Positions 18,286-27,344 of a stretch of 32,000 bases of DNA are shown in pieces. Origin of the DNA: an uncultured Opitutales bacterium (GTDB lineage: Bacteria; Verrucomicrobiota; Verrucomicrobiia; Opitutales; Intestinicryptomonadaceae). The stretch lies in the NCBI GenBank assembly GCA_934660865.1, contig CAKUIA010000001.1:30001-62000 (forward strand), read 5' to 3'. Numbering within the stretch: position 1 is the stretch's first letter; every line of letters begins with the position of its first letter. Made by a program: the position numbers and the translations under genes. The notes beneath the pieces were generated by a model. It worked only from the letters and a program-made list of their open reading frames with translations, ran no database searches and was not told where the DNA came from.

Positions 18286-19233
18286 CTACATTTGTTTTAA
18301 AATCGGGGCGCTTTGCCTAAAGGTTATCCGCAAATTTTCGCCGAATTTGAAGCCCTGCAGAAACTGGGCAATGCCCATTGCCTTTGCGCACGGTTTTTGT
18401 ATTGTACGCACAATTAGATACGAATTTTTTGCCGAAATTTTCAGCGAATTGTTTTCCGCTACAATTCGCCCCAAACTGCCCGAATTGCCGCATTCGCAAA
18501 AATCGGCCTCCAATACCTTTAGCGGAACGCCATTGCACTCGAAAATTCCGCAGCCAAAGGCCCTTATCCTTGCGCAAATTTCGGCGGCTGTAAGCGAAAA
18601 ATCCATATACAAGTCGTCCTTAAAAAATTTGCGCGTGTAGGTGGCCTTGCCTTCGTCTTGCTCGGCAAAAACAAGGCTTTTTCGGGTTATTGCGGTTAAG
18701 TTTTTTTCCAGCAATTCGGCGGCTGCCATACCCATTTTTTCCCTAAGCGTTTTGGCGGTATCGGAGGCTGCAATTTCCACTAAAACGGTGTCGGCAACAG
18801 CGCCTGCGTCCATCTTTTTTACAATGCGCATAAGGCTTACCCCCGTTGTTTTGCGCTGCAAGGCCAACGCGCTTTCTATGGGCGAAGCCCCCCTAAATTC
18901 GGGCAAAATGGAACCGTGCAAATTAAGGCAAAGCAATTCGGGGTAGTTTATAATTGCGTCCTTTAAAATAGAGCCGTACGCCATTACAACAATCGAATTT
19001 ACGCCTAGCTTTTTAAACTCTTCTACAAGCGAATTTTCGGTGTTTTTTTCGGGCCTAAAAAGGGTTATGTTGCGTTCCAGTGCGTATGCGCTTACATCGT
19101 TCGGCGAAAGTTTGTTGCCCCTGCCCTTGGGCTTGTCGGGGTTGCTTACAACGCAGGCAAGCAAGCCGCGTTTTTCGAGCATTTGTATGCTCGGCAGCGC
19201 AATCTTGTCGGAAGCGAAAAAGGCTACTTTCAT
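18286..19233 (-). CDS. fmt: methionyl-tRNA formyltransferase
   Basis: The MKVAFFASDKIALPSIQML N-terminus, NLHGSILPEFRGASPIESA (formyltransferase core) and the C-terminal Fmt domain are present. I prefer ATG at 19233 over the TTG at 19239 in the ORF track. Confidence 0.9.
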   Translation of the reverse strand: MKVAFFASDKIALPSIQMLEKRGLLACVVSNPDKPKGRGNKLSPNDVSAYALERNITLFRPEKNTENSLVEEFKKLGVNSIVVMAYGSILKDAIINYPELLCLNLHGSILPEFRGASPIESALALQRKTTGVSLMRIVKKMDAGAVADTVLVEIAASDTAKTLREKMGMAAAELLEKNLTAITRKSLVFAEQDEGKATYTRKFFKDDLYMDFSLTAAEICARIRAFGCGIFECNGVPLKVLEADFCECGNSGSLGRIVAENNSLKISAKNSYLIVRTIQKPCAKAMGIAQFLQGFKFGENLRITFRQSAPILKQM

Positions 19234-19242
19234 ACGCAAAAG

Positions 19243-20820
19243 CTATCGGCGTTTTCTTGCGGTTTTTGCGCCTTTTTTGGCGGCCGTTTTTTTGCCTTTT
19301 GCAAGCTTTTTTGCGGCGTCGAATTTCCTGTTCGACAAATTGCTCTTTAGCCCGCTTTTTGCCTCGAACCTGACGGGGGCCGCCTGTTTGCCTCCCTTTT
19401 TAGAGCCGTTTTCCTTTGCGCGCTTGTCGGTTAGACGCTGCTGCAAAGTTTTGCTTTCTTTGCCCTTAAATTCGAATTTTAAAGACACCCCGCCAAGCGA
19501 AAAGGTTTTGCGCAAATTCTTTTCTATATACTTGTAGTAGTTGCCGTCTAGCTTTGCAAAGCTGTTGCAATACATTCTTATAAGCGTCGGTCTGTTGGAA
19601 ATTTGCAGGCAATAATACACCTTAAATCTTTTGCCGCCCACAATTTTCGGGGGAACGGAATCTACCAAGTCGCGCACAACCGAGTTTAGCCTGCCCGTTG
19701 GCAGCTCTTTGTAGGCGCGCTTATACATTGCGTACGAAGCGTCTAAAATGGTGTCAAGCCCCGTGTCGTTCTTTGCCGAAACAAAGCTGATGGGCGCGTC
19801 CTCCAAAAAGAAAAGTTCTTTGCGAACCGCCTCTTCAAATTTTGTCCTAAAATCCCTAATGCTGGTATAGCCGCGCAAATTGCCCTTTTTGAAAAGGTCT
19901 ACAGCCAAATCCCACTTGTTTACAAGCACCATTACGGCGGCGCCCGCGTCTAAAATTTCGCCCGCCAATTTTTTGTCAAGCTCGGTTACGCCCGTCATGG
20001 CGTCCAGCACAAGCATTACAACGTCGCACTTGGCTATGGCGTCTTTTGTGCGTACGGTAGACAAATAGTCCAGCGAAGTGTTTATCTTCCTTTTCGCCCT
20101 CAAGCCCGCCGTGTCGAAAAACCTAAAGTCTACATTCGCCCCGCGCTTTGTAGTATGCGAAAAGTCGCACTTTACGCTGTCGCGCGTGGTTCCCGCCACA
20201 TCGCTTACAATAAGCCTTTGCGAACCGAGCAGCCTGTTGCCTATCGAGCTTTTGCCCACATTGGGCTTGCCCGCAACGCAAATTTTTACGCGCATGGGCT
20301 CGGCGGGCGGCTCTACGTCGAAACTGCCGCAGTTTTTTTCGAGATACGAAACCAGCGAATCCATACCCAAGCCGTGCTCGGCCGAAACGAAAAAGGTTTC
20401 GAAGCCCAAAGTGTAGAAATCGTGGTTGCGGTCTTTATGCGAATCCAAGTCGGTTTTGTTTACAACCAAAGCGGTCTGCTTGCCGCTTTTTCTTAAAGAG
20501 TCGGCAATGCGCTGGTCGTGCGGGGTAAGCCCCTCCTGCGAATCCACCACAAACAGGATAATGTCGGCGGTATTCATCGCAAATTCGGCCTGAATGTCGG
20601 TAGCTTCGGCTATAACCTTTTCGGTTGTCGCCTCGGTTGCGCCCAGACCGCCCGTATCCATAAGCACGGTGCCGTTGGGCAGTTTTTCGGCAACAATGTC
20701 GCGCGTTACTCCGGGGCGGTCGTGAACAATCGAAACCCTGCGCTTTAATATCCTGTTAAAGAGCCTGCTTTTGCCTACGTTCGGCCTGCCTACAATGGCT
20801 ATGCTTTTGCCTGTATCCAT
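19243..20820 (-). CDS. der: ribosome-associated GTPase Der/EngA with a basic C-terminal tail
   Basis: Two tandem G domains are present: GRPNVGKS/DTGG/NKTD and GKPNVGKS/DTAG/NKWD. A KH-like region and a 74-aa Lys/Arg-rich tail follow. I prefer ATG at 20820 (MDTGKSIAIVGRPNVGKS), 7 nt after the upstream stop, over the track's TTG at 20841. Confidence 0.9.
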   Translation of the reverse strand: MDTGKSIAIVGRPNVGKSRLFNRILKRRVSIVHDRPGVTRDIVAEKLPNGTVLMDTGGLGATEATTEKVIAEATDIQAEFAMNTADIILFVVDSQEGLTPHDQRIADSLRKSGKQTALVVNKTDLDSHKDRNHDFYTLGFETFFVSAEHGLGMDSLVSYLEKNCGSFDVEPPAEPMRVKICVAGKPNVGKSSIGNRLLGSQRLIVSDVAGTTRDSVKCDFSHTTKRGANVDFRFFDTAGLRAKRKINTSLDYLSTVRTKDAIAKCDVVMLVLDAMTGVTELDKKLAGEILDAGAAVMVLVNKWDLAVDLFKKGNLRGYTSIRDFRTKFEEAVRKELFFLEDAPISFVSAKNDTGLDTILDASYAMYKRAYKELPTGRLNSVVRDLVDSVPPKIVGGKRFKVYYCLQISNRPTLIRMYCNSFAKLDGNYYKYIEKNLRKTFSLGGVSLKFEFKGKESKTLQQRLTDKRAKENGSKKGGKQAAPVRFEAKSGLKSNLSNRKFDAAKKLAKGKKTAAKKGAKTARKRR

Positions 20821-20827
20821 AAAATTT

Positions 20828-21994
20828 CTATATATTTTCAAGCGACTTTTCTATTCTGTCGGTCGCCTTAATTAGGTTGTCGTAGCTTGTCGAAAAACTC
20901 GCCCTGAAAAACCCCTCGCCCGATTCGCCGAAAGCCGAACCCGGAACTATTGCAACCTTTGCCGAATTTAAAATTTTTGTGCAGAAATCCATAGACGACA
21001 TTTTGCGGCCACCAATGCTCGGGAATGCGTAGAAAGTGCCCCTTGGCAGATTGCATTTAAGCCCCATTTCGTTGAAGCGGCGCACGATAAAGTCCCGGCG
21101 GCGGTGGTATTCGTCGCGCATTTTTTTCATCGATTCCTCGCCGTTGCGCAATGCCTCCAAAGCGGCCTCCTGCGACATTATAGACGCGCACAAAATACCG
21201 TATTGGTGTATTTTCATCATCGCGTCTATCACGTCTTTGGGCCCGCAGGCATAGCCCATTCTAAAGCCCGTCATAGCAAAGGCCTTCGAAAAACCGTGAA
21301 TGAAAACGGTTCTGTCTTTCATTGCCTTTACCGCCGCAATAGAGTTGTGTTGGCCTTCGTAGGTAAGCTCCGAATAGATTTCGTCGCTTATAACCAGCAT
21401 GTCTTTTTCCTCTACAAAAGCGGCAAGCTCTTCTACCTGTTTTAGGTTTAGCGTGCCGCCCGTCGGGTTTGTGGGGAAATTTATAACTATTGCCTTGCAC
21501 CCGGGCTGCCACGCCTTTTTTACGTCTTCTACGCTAAGGGCAAAAGCGTTTTCGGCCTTTGTACGCACGGGAACGGGGATACCGTGCGAAAGCACAATGC
21601 TGGGCGCATACGAAACGTAGCAGGGCTCGTGGTACATAACCTTGTCGAGCGGGTTTATTATGGCGCGCAGCGCGGCGTCCAACGCTTCGGAAGCGCCTAC
21701 TGTTACCATAATTTCGTTGTCGGGGCAGTATTCAACCCCGAAATTTTTTGCAACGTATTTCGAAATTTCGCTTCTTAGCGACTTAAGCCCCAAGTTGTCG
21801 GTATACGAAGTTTTGCCCTTTTCCAGCGCAAAAATAGCCGCCTCCCTGATGTGCCAGGGAGTTACAAAATCCGGCTCGCCAATGCCGAGCGAGATTGCGT
21901 CTTTCATTGTAGAGGCTATCGAAAAGAAAGCTCTAATTCCCGATTTGGGAAGCCCTACAACGTGTTTGGCTACAAATTTTTTACTGTCGCACAT
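20828..21994 (-). CDS. pyridoxal-phosphate-dependent aminotransferase, class I/II (AlaT/AspB-like)
   Basis: LGIGEPDFVTP, NPTGG, and the PLP-lysine motif SKAFAMTGFRMGY. 388 aa. It lies directly downstream of an Lrp/AsnC gene, as in the B. subtilis alaR-alaT arrangement. Confidence 0.9.
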   Translation of the reverse strand: MCDSKKFVAKHVVGLPKSGIRAFFSIASTMKDAISLGIGEPDFVTPWHIREAAIFALEKGKTSYTDNLGLKSLRSEISKYVAKNFGVEYCPDNEIMVTVGASEALDAALRAIINPLDKVMYHEPCYVSYAPSIVLSHGIPVPVRTKAENAFALSVEDVKKAWQPGCKAIVINFPTNPTGGTLNLKQVEELAAFVEEKDMLVISDEIYSELTYEGQHNSIAAVKAMKDRTVFIHGFSKAFAMTGFRMGYACGPKDVIDAMMKIHQYGILCASIMSQEAALEALRNGEESMKKMRDEYHRRRDFIVRRFNEMGLKCNLPRGTFYAFPSIGGRKMSSMDFCTKILNSAKVAIVPGSAFGESGEGFFRASFSTSYDNLIKATDRIEKSLENI

Positions 21995-22015
21995 ATAGAA
22001 AAATTCCGAATTAAA

Positions 22016-22528
22016 TTAGGCTGAAACAACGGGTTTGTCGGGGTTGTTCGGGTCTTGGCCTATAATGAACCCCATTGTTTTGTATGTTCTTAAAAAGAAG
22101 TGTGTTGCCGTAGAAGTTACGCCGTGAATTGTGGCCAGCCTTTCGTAGACAAAGCTTGCAATTTCCTTTATGTTTTTTGCCTTTACAAAAAGCAGAAGGT
22201 CGTACGCGCCGCTCATAAGAAAGCACGAATCCACCTGCTCGAACCTGCTTATGCGCTGGGCAAGCCTGTCGAAACCGCCGTCCCTTTCGGGGCAAATTTT
22301 AAGCTCTATTGCAGCCGACACCAAACCGCTTTCGTAGTCGGGGTGCAAAACGGGAATCCAACCCAAAAGGATTTTCTCGTCCTTCAATTTTTCCAGAGCT
22401 TCGTCGACCTCCCTTTCGGTCATATTCAAAATTTGCCCCATTTTTGTGGTGTCGAAAACGCCGCCTTGCAATATAAGTTGTAAAAGATTTTCCATAATAT
22501 GTGTATATATTTGCGCGAAACTATACAC
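22016..22528 (-). CDS. Lrp/AsnC family transcriptional regulator
   Basis: An N-terminal HTH-like segment (TTKMGQILNMTEREVDEALEKLKDEKIL) is followed by an AsnC-type ligand/oligomerisation domain (LVSAAIELKI ... VDSCFLMSGAYDLLLFVKAKN). The start is ambiguous: GTG at 22528 has GGAG 6 nt upstream, and ATG at 22495 gives MENLLQ. Confidence 0.85.
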   Translation of the reverse strand: MYSFAQIYTHIMENLLQLILQGGVFDTTKMGQILNMTEREVDEALEKLKDEKILLGWIPVLHPDYESGLVSAAIELKICPERDGGFDRLAQRISRFEQVDSCFLMSGAYDLLLFVKAKNIKEIASFVYERLATIHGVTSTATHFFLRTYKTMGFIIGQDPNNPDKPVVSA

Positions 22529-22529
22529 A
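22500..22529. promoter_or_regulatory. perfect 8-bp inverted repeat at the 5' end of the Lrp/AsnC gene (candidate operator)
   Basis: TGTGTATA (22500-22507) and TATACACA (22522-22529) are separated by a 14-nt spacer containing GCGC. The function is inferred only from its position. Confidence 0.3.
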
Positions 22530-22559
22530 CATTCTCCGATTTTTAAACACTTTTTTTAG

Positions 22560-23117
22560 CTATTGCCCCATTTTTGCGAGCAAAAGCTTTGGCGACTGCA
22601 AATTTTTTTCGTCGCTATATTCGACAAACTCCGCAAAATTTTGCGCAAAAAAATCCCTTACCGCCTCGTATTCGCCCTGCCCGCCCTCGTGGCCTACATA
22701 GCACAAAACCGAAAGCAGAAAGCGGTTTGCCTTAACCTCCAAACAGCTTTGCAGCGCCTTTAGCGTGCTTTGCGGCCCGGTTATAACGGTTTTGTCGGAA
22801 TTCGGCAAATAGCCCAAATTAAAGACGGCGCAATTAATTTTGCCTTTTACGGCTTCGGGCAAGCGGCTTTTCAGGTTTGCGTGGCTGTCTAAAACAAACT
22901 GCACGTTTTGCGGGGTTTTGCCCGATTTTTCCAGCAAAGCCTTCGAGCTTTCCATTGCCTGTTGCTGTATATCAAAGGCAAAAACGCAGCCACTTTCGCC
23001 TACAGTGTCGCTTAAAAACAAAGTGTCGTGCCCGTTGCCGCAGGTGGCGTCTATAACAAAATCGCCCTCTCTTAAAAACGAAAGGGCAATTTGCTTGGCT
23101 TTATTTGTAAAATTCAT
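22560..23117 (-). CDS. mnmM: SAM-dependent methyltransferase, YtqB/MnmM-like (tRNA mnm5s2U methyltransferase family)
   Basis: GDFVIDATCGNGHDTLFLSDTVGESGCVFAFDIQ and AVFNLGYLP closely follow the B. subtilis YtqB pattern as I recall it. 185 aa. Confidence 0.7.
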   Translation of the reverse strand: MNFTNKAKQIALSFLREGDFVIDATCGNGHDTLFLSDTVGESGCVFAFDIQQQAMESSKALLEKSGKTPQNVQFVLDSHANLKSRLPEAVKGKINCAVFNLGYLPNSDKTVITGPQSTLKALQSCLEVKANRFLLSVLCYVGHEGGQGEYEAVRDFFAQNFAEFVEYSDEKNLQSPKLLLAKMGQ

Positions 23118-23135
23118 TGCAAATAAACAATGCCG

Positions 23136-24386
23136 CTAATTGTTTTTAAGGTTATACTCCCTTTCCATAAGGGTTGGGTGCGAATAGTAAAACGCGCTAT
23201 AAAGCCTGTGCGGTGTTAGGTTGCCCAAGTTCTTTTTGTGGAGCTTGCGCAACGCCTCTATAAGGTTGTCGGGCGTGCCGCAGGCCGCCTTTGCAAACGA
23301 GTCGGCCTGGTATTCGTGCTTGCGCGAAATTTGGTTGAATATGGGGGTAAGCCAAAATGTAAACAGCGGGCTTAAAATGGAAAACAATATAAGCAGCGCC
23401 CCGAATCCCGAATTTTGCGAAAAGCCGAAACTTTCGTAAAAATACGGGCACTTTGCCAAAACGCCCATAATGTAGAAACCCGCAAACATCGAGACAAACG
23501 TTAAAAGCATTGTAGACCAAATATGCCCTTTTTTGTAGTGCCCTATTTCGTGGGCCAAAACCGAAACAATTTGCTCGTTGCTTAGCTGCTCTAAAATTGT
23601 GTCGTAAAAAATAACCCTCCTGAATTTGCCGAACCCCGTAAAAAACGCGTTCGAATGCGAGCTGCGGCGGCTGCCGTCCATAACCTGAATGGCGGTGGTT
23701 TTAAAGTTGCACTTGTCGGCAAGGGCAAAAATGGCGTCTTTTAAAACACCGTCGGGCAATGGGGTTATTTTGTTGAAAAGCGGCAAAATAAGCTTCGGAT
23801 ATATCATTATCATTACAAGCTGCACAGCCACTATTGCAAAAAAGCACCAAAGCCACCAGGTGTTTTCGAACGAATTGTAGAACAGCAAAAACAGCCACAA
23901 AAGCGGCGCGCCTATTACAAACGAAAGCAGCAGCGACTTTATTTGGTCTTTAACCCAAAGCCCCAAAGTCATTTTATTAAAGCCGTGCTTTTCCTCCAAA
24001 ACAAACTGCTCGTACAAATCGAACGGAATGTCGAAAAGCGAATATACCGTTAACGCCGCAATAACCGTAAGCGACTGCCCGAAAAGCGAAGCGCCCCACA
24101 AGTTTTCGCAAAAGCCGAAAATTGCGGGGAACGCCCCGAAAAGCAAAAATGCGCAAAGCACCAACGCCGAATACACGCCGTCTATCATGGCAAAGCGCGT
24201 TTTGTCGAGCGTATAGGCAACGCTTTTGTGGTACGAGTCGGCGTCTACAAAACCCTTGTAGGTTTCGGGCACGTCGAAGGCGTTTGTGCATACATTGCGC
24301 ATGTTCAGCATTTCCAGGAACAGCGAAAACAGCGTTCTTGCAAACACCAAAACAATGGCAACAAGCATCAAAGTAGAACTTACCAT
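23136..24386 (-). CDS. M48 family zinc metalloprotease, Ste24 (CAAX prenyl protease 1)-like
   Basis: Several hydrophobic segments precede SNAFFTGFGKFRRVIFYDTIL and the HEXXH motif HEIGHYKKGH. 416 aa. It starts 3 nt after the gatB stop. Confidence 0.85.
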   Translation of the reverse strand: MVSSTLMLVAIVLVFARTLFSLFLEMLNMRNVCTNAFDVPETYKGFVDADSYHKSVAYTLDKTRFAMIDGVYSALVLCAFLLFGAFPAIFGFCENLWGASLFGQSLTVIAALTVYSLFDIPFDLYEQFVLEEKHGFNKMTLGLWVKDQIKSLLLSFVIGAPLLWLFLLFYNSFENTWWLWCFFAIVAVQLVMIMIYPKLILPLFNKITPLPDGVLKDAIFALADKCNFKTTAIQVMDGSRRSSHSNAFFTGFGKFRRVIFYDTILEQLSNEQIVSVLAHEIGHYKKGHIWSTMLLTFVSMFAGFYIMGVLAKCPYFYESFGFSQNSGFGALLILFSILSPLFTFWLTPIFNQISRKHEYQADSFAKAACGTPDNLIEALRKLHKKNLGNLTPHRLYSAFYYSHPTLMEREYNLKNN

Positions 24387-24389
24387 ACC

Positions 24390-25847
24390 CTACTTGATAA
24401 GCTTTTTAAGCGTTTGCAAAACAAGGGCGGGGTTTGCCTTGCCCTTCGACAATTTCATAATCGGGCCGATAAGCGCGTTTATAGCCTTTTCGTTGCCCGC
24501 CTTATATTGGTCTATTGCCTTTTGGTTGCCCTTCATTGCCTCAAGGCAAAACGCCTCTATCTGGTTTGTGTCGGTATTTTGGGTTAGCCCCTTTGCCTTT
24601 ACAACTTCGGCGGGGGCGGTGCCGTTTTTAAACGTTTCGGCAAAAACTTCCTTTGCAATTTGTTTCGAAATTACGCCGTCGTCGATAAGCTTTACCAGCT
24701 GCGCCATATATTGCGGAGTCATCTTGCAGGTGCAAAGAGAAATGCTTTCGCCTGCGGCATTTGCGGCCGAAATTTCGCGCAACAAGTCGTTTATAAGCAA
24801 GTTCGCCAAGGCGTGGTAGTTGCCAGAATATTTTACCGCCTCTTCGAAATAGGCAACCAAGTCTTTGTCTATGCACAAAACCGAGGTTATTGTATACGGC
24901 AGCTGGTAGTCTTTCATATAGCGGCGCTGCCTGTCGAAAGGCAGTTCCACCAATTCGGCGGCAATTTCGTTTCTTAGCTCGTCCGAAATTTTTACCGGCA
25001 ACAAATCGGGATCGGGAAAATAGCGGTAGTCGTGCGACATTTCCTTGCCGCGCATTGTCTGCGTAAGGCACAATTCGGCATCCCAGCGGCGGGTTTCCTG
25101 AACAATTCTTTCGCCCGTTTTATACGCCTTAATTTGGCGCTTAATTTCGTATTCTACGCCCGCCTTTACACCCGAAATCGAGTTTAGGTTTTTCAATTCA
25201 ACCTTTGTGCCCAATTTTGTTTCGCCTACGGGGCGTATTGAAATATTTGCGTCGCAGCGCATTTGCCCCTTTTCCATATCGCATTCGGAAATGCCAGCAA
25301 AAACAAGCGAGTTTCTTAGCGAGGTCAGGAATGCAAAGGCTTCGTCGGCCGTGTGCATGTCGGGGTCGGTAACTATTTCTATAAGGGGAGTGCCCGCCCT
25401 GTTGTAGTCTACCAAAGAGTCGTTATGAAAGTGCGTAAGTTTGCCAACGTCTTCCTCAAGGTGAATGCGGGTAAGCTTTACGGTTCTGTGCGCACCCATT
25501 TTGCCCGTTTCGCCCGAAGGCAGCTCTATTTCAACACCGCCGCCCAGGCACAAAGGCTCGTCGAATTGCGAAAGCTGGTAGTTTTTGGGGCTGTCGGGGT
25601 AGAAATAGTTTTTTCTGTCCCACTTGGTTATTTCGGGAATTTTGCAACCAAGCAACATACCCACTTTTACGGTTTTGCGTATGGCCTCGAAGTTAAGGAC
25701 GGGCAAAACCCCCGGCAATGCGAAAACAACGGGGTCTACCAAAGTGTTGGGCTCTTCGCCGAAGCGGTATGGAGCCGCCGTAAACATTTTGCTTTTTGTA
25801 TGAAGTTGAACGTGAACTTCCAAACCTATTACTGCTTCAAATTCCAT
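24390..25847 (-). CDS. gatB: Asp-tRNA(Asn)/Glu-tRNA(Gln) amidotransferase subunit B
   Basis: MEFEAVIGLEVHVQL N-terminus, RCDANISIRP, and a C-terminal YqeY-like tail. 485 aa, following gatA. Confidence 0.95.
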   Translation of the reverse strand: MEFEAVIGLEVHVQLHTKSKMFTAAPYRFGEEPNTLVDPVVFALPGVLPVLNFEAIRKTVKVGMLLGCKIPEITKWDRKNYFYPDSPKNYQLSQFDEPLCLGGGVEIELPSGETGKMGAHRTVKLTRIHLEEDVGKLTHFHNDSLVDYNRAGTPLIEIVTDPDMHTADEAFAFLTSLRNSLVFAGISECDMEKGQMRCDANISIRPVGETKLGTKVELKNLNSISGVKAGVEYEIKRQIKAYKTGERIVQETRRWDAELCLTQTMRGKEMSHDYRYFPDPDLLPVKISDELRNEIAAELVELPFDRQRRYMKDYQLPYTITSVLCIDKDLVAYFEEAVKYSGNYHALANLLINDLLREISAANAAGESISLCTCKMTPQYMAQLVKLIDDGVISKQIAKEVFAETFKNGTAPAEVVKAKGLTQNTDTNQIEAFCLEAMKGNQKAIDQYKAGNEKAINALIGPIMKLSKGKANPALVLQTLKKLIK

Positions 25848-25860
25848 AATAAAAAAACTC

Positions 25861-27324
25861 CTACAATACGGGCTTTAATTTTTTAAGAGCCAAGTTTTGC
25901 TCGAAAGAATACGCAATGTTAAGCAAGTTTGCCTCGTCGAAAGCCCTACCTATAATATGCAGGCCAACGGGCAGGTTTTCGCTTGTATACCCGCACGGCA
26001 CCGAAAGCGCGGGCAACCCCGCCAAATTTACGTTGATTGTAAATATGTCGCTTAAATACATCGAAAGCGGATCGGCGGTTTTTTCGCCGCACTTAAATGC
26101 CGCCGTGGGGCTTACGGGCGTCATAATGGCGTCTACGGTTTTAAAGGCCTCCTCAAAGTCGCGCCTAATAAGGGTGCGAACTTTTTGCGCCCTAAAGTAG
26201 TAGGCGTCGTAATAGCCCGAGCTTAGAACGAATGTTCCCAAAATTATCCTTCTTATAACCTCTTCGCCGAAGCCCTCGGCGCGGCTTTTAAAGTACAAGT
26301 CTACAATGTCTTTTGCGTCTTTTGCGCGGGTTGTGTAGCGAATGCCGTCGTACCTTGCCAAGTTCGACGAAGCTTCGGCCGTGGCCAAAATGTAGTATAC
26401 GGGAATCGCCAATTCGGTGTGCGGCAGCGAAATTTCGACAAGCTGCGCGCCCGCCTTTTCGCATTTGGCTATTGCGTTTTTAACAAGCGCCAAAACTTCG
26501 CCGTCTATGCCCGCCATAAAATATTCTTTGGGCACGCCTATTTTTTTGCCCTTTAAAGATTCGGCGTTAAGATTTGCCGCATAGTCGGGTATTTCGGTCT
26601 TTACGCTGGTAGAATCGAGCCTGTCATACGAGGCTATTGCCTTTAAAAGAAATGCCGCGTCTTCAACCGAGCGGGTAAATGTGCCTATTTGGTCTAAAGA
26701 AGAGGCAAAGGCGGCCAAGCCGTAGCGGCTTACAAGCCCGTAGGTGGGTTTAAGGCCTACTACGCCGCAGTGCGAGGCGGGCTGGCGTATAGAGCCGCCC
26801 GTGTCGCTGCCCAAAGCGCAAATACATTCGCCCGAGGCTACCGCCGCCGCGCTACCGCCGCTGCTGCCGCCGGGAATCCTGGAAAGGTCGTACGGGTTTT
26901 TGGTTTTCTTAAAGGCGCTGTTTTCGCACGAAGAACCCATGGCAAATTCGTCCAAGTTAAGCCTGCCGAAAAGCACCGCGCCGCTGTCTTTAAGGTTTTT
27001 AACGGCTGTTCCCGTGTAGGGCGAAACAAACTTTTCCAGAATTTTGCTGGCGCAAGTTAGCGGCATATTCTTGTCGGCCATATTGTCTTTAAGCCCAACG
27101 GGAATACCGTCTAACACGCCCAAAGTTTTGCCGTCTTTGCGGCGCTTGTCGGCCTGCGCAGCCTGGTTTAAAGTGTATTCTTCGTCGTACGAAATAAAGG
27201 CCTGCAGTTTGTCGTCTATGGCCTTTGTTCTGTCTATTACCGACTTTGCCAATTCCTGGGCGGAAAGCTCGCCCCTGTTAAGGGCACCGCTTAATTCTCT
27301 TATCGATTTAAAGTATAATTCCAT
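25861..27324 (-). CDS. gatA: Asp-tRNA(Asn)/Glu-tRNA(Gln) amidotransferase subunit A
   Basis: The amidase signature is GGSSGGSAAAVASG ... GSDTGGSIRQPA. 487 aa, between gatC and gatB. Confidence 0.95.
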   Translation of the reverse strand: MELYFKSIRELSGALNRGELSAQELAKSVIDRTKAIDDKLQAFISYDEEYTLNQAAQADKRRKDGKTLGVLDGIPVGLKDNMADKNMPLTCASKILEKFVSPYTGTAVKNLKDSGAVLFGRLNLDEFAMGSSCENSAFKKTKNPYDLSRIPGGSSGGSAAAVASGECICALGSDTGGSIRQPASHCGVVGLKPTYGLVSRYGLAAFASSLDQIGTFTRSVEDAAFLLKAIASYDRLDSTSVKTEIPDYAANLNAESLKGKKIGVPKEYFMAGIDGEVLALVKNAIAKCEKAGAQLVEISLPHTELAIPVYYILATAEASSNLARYDGIRYTTRAKDAKDIVDLYFKSRAEGFGEEVIRRIILGTFVLSSGYYDAYYFRAQKVRTLIRRDFEEAFKTVDAIMTPVSPTAAFKCGEKTADPLSMYLSDIFTINVNLAGLPALSVPCGYTSENLPVGLHIIGRAFDEANLLNIAYSFEQNLALKKLKPVL

Positions 27325-27344
27325 AAAAAAGCCCTCTTATTATT

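Noticed and set aside
20821-20841. TTG/GTG-extended starts given in the ORF track for der (20841), fmt (19239), the GH-like gene (30298) and the orphan secreted gene (28970).
   Set aside because: Each has an in-frame ATG a few codons downstream. Those ATGs give a canonical N-terminus (the G1 motif spacing for Der, MKVAFF for Fmt, MKK- or MKF-type signal peptides) and remove overlaps with the upstream gene. The extensions are probably artefacts of longest-ORF calling.
22500-22529. The inverted repeat upstream of the Lrp gene, considered as a terminator for the methyltransferase gene.
   Set aside because: The stem is AT-rich (8 bp) with a 14-nt loop, and no U-tract follows it on the minus strand. 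An operator or 5'-UTR role is more plausible, though unproven.
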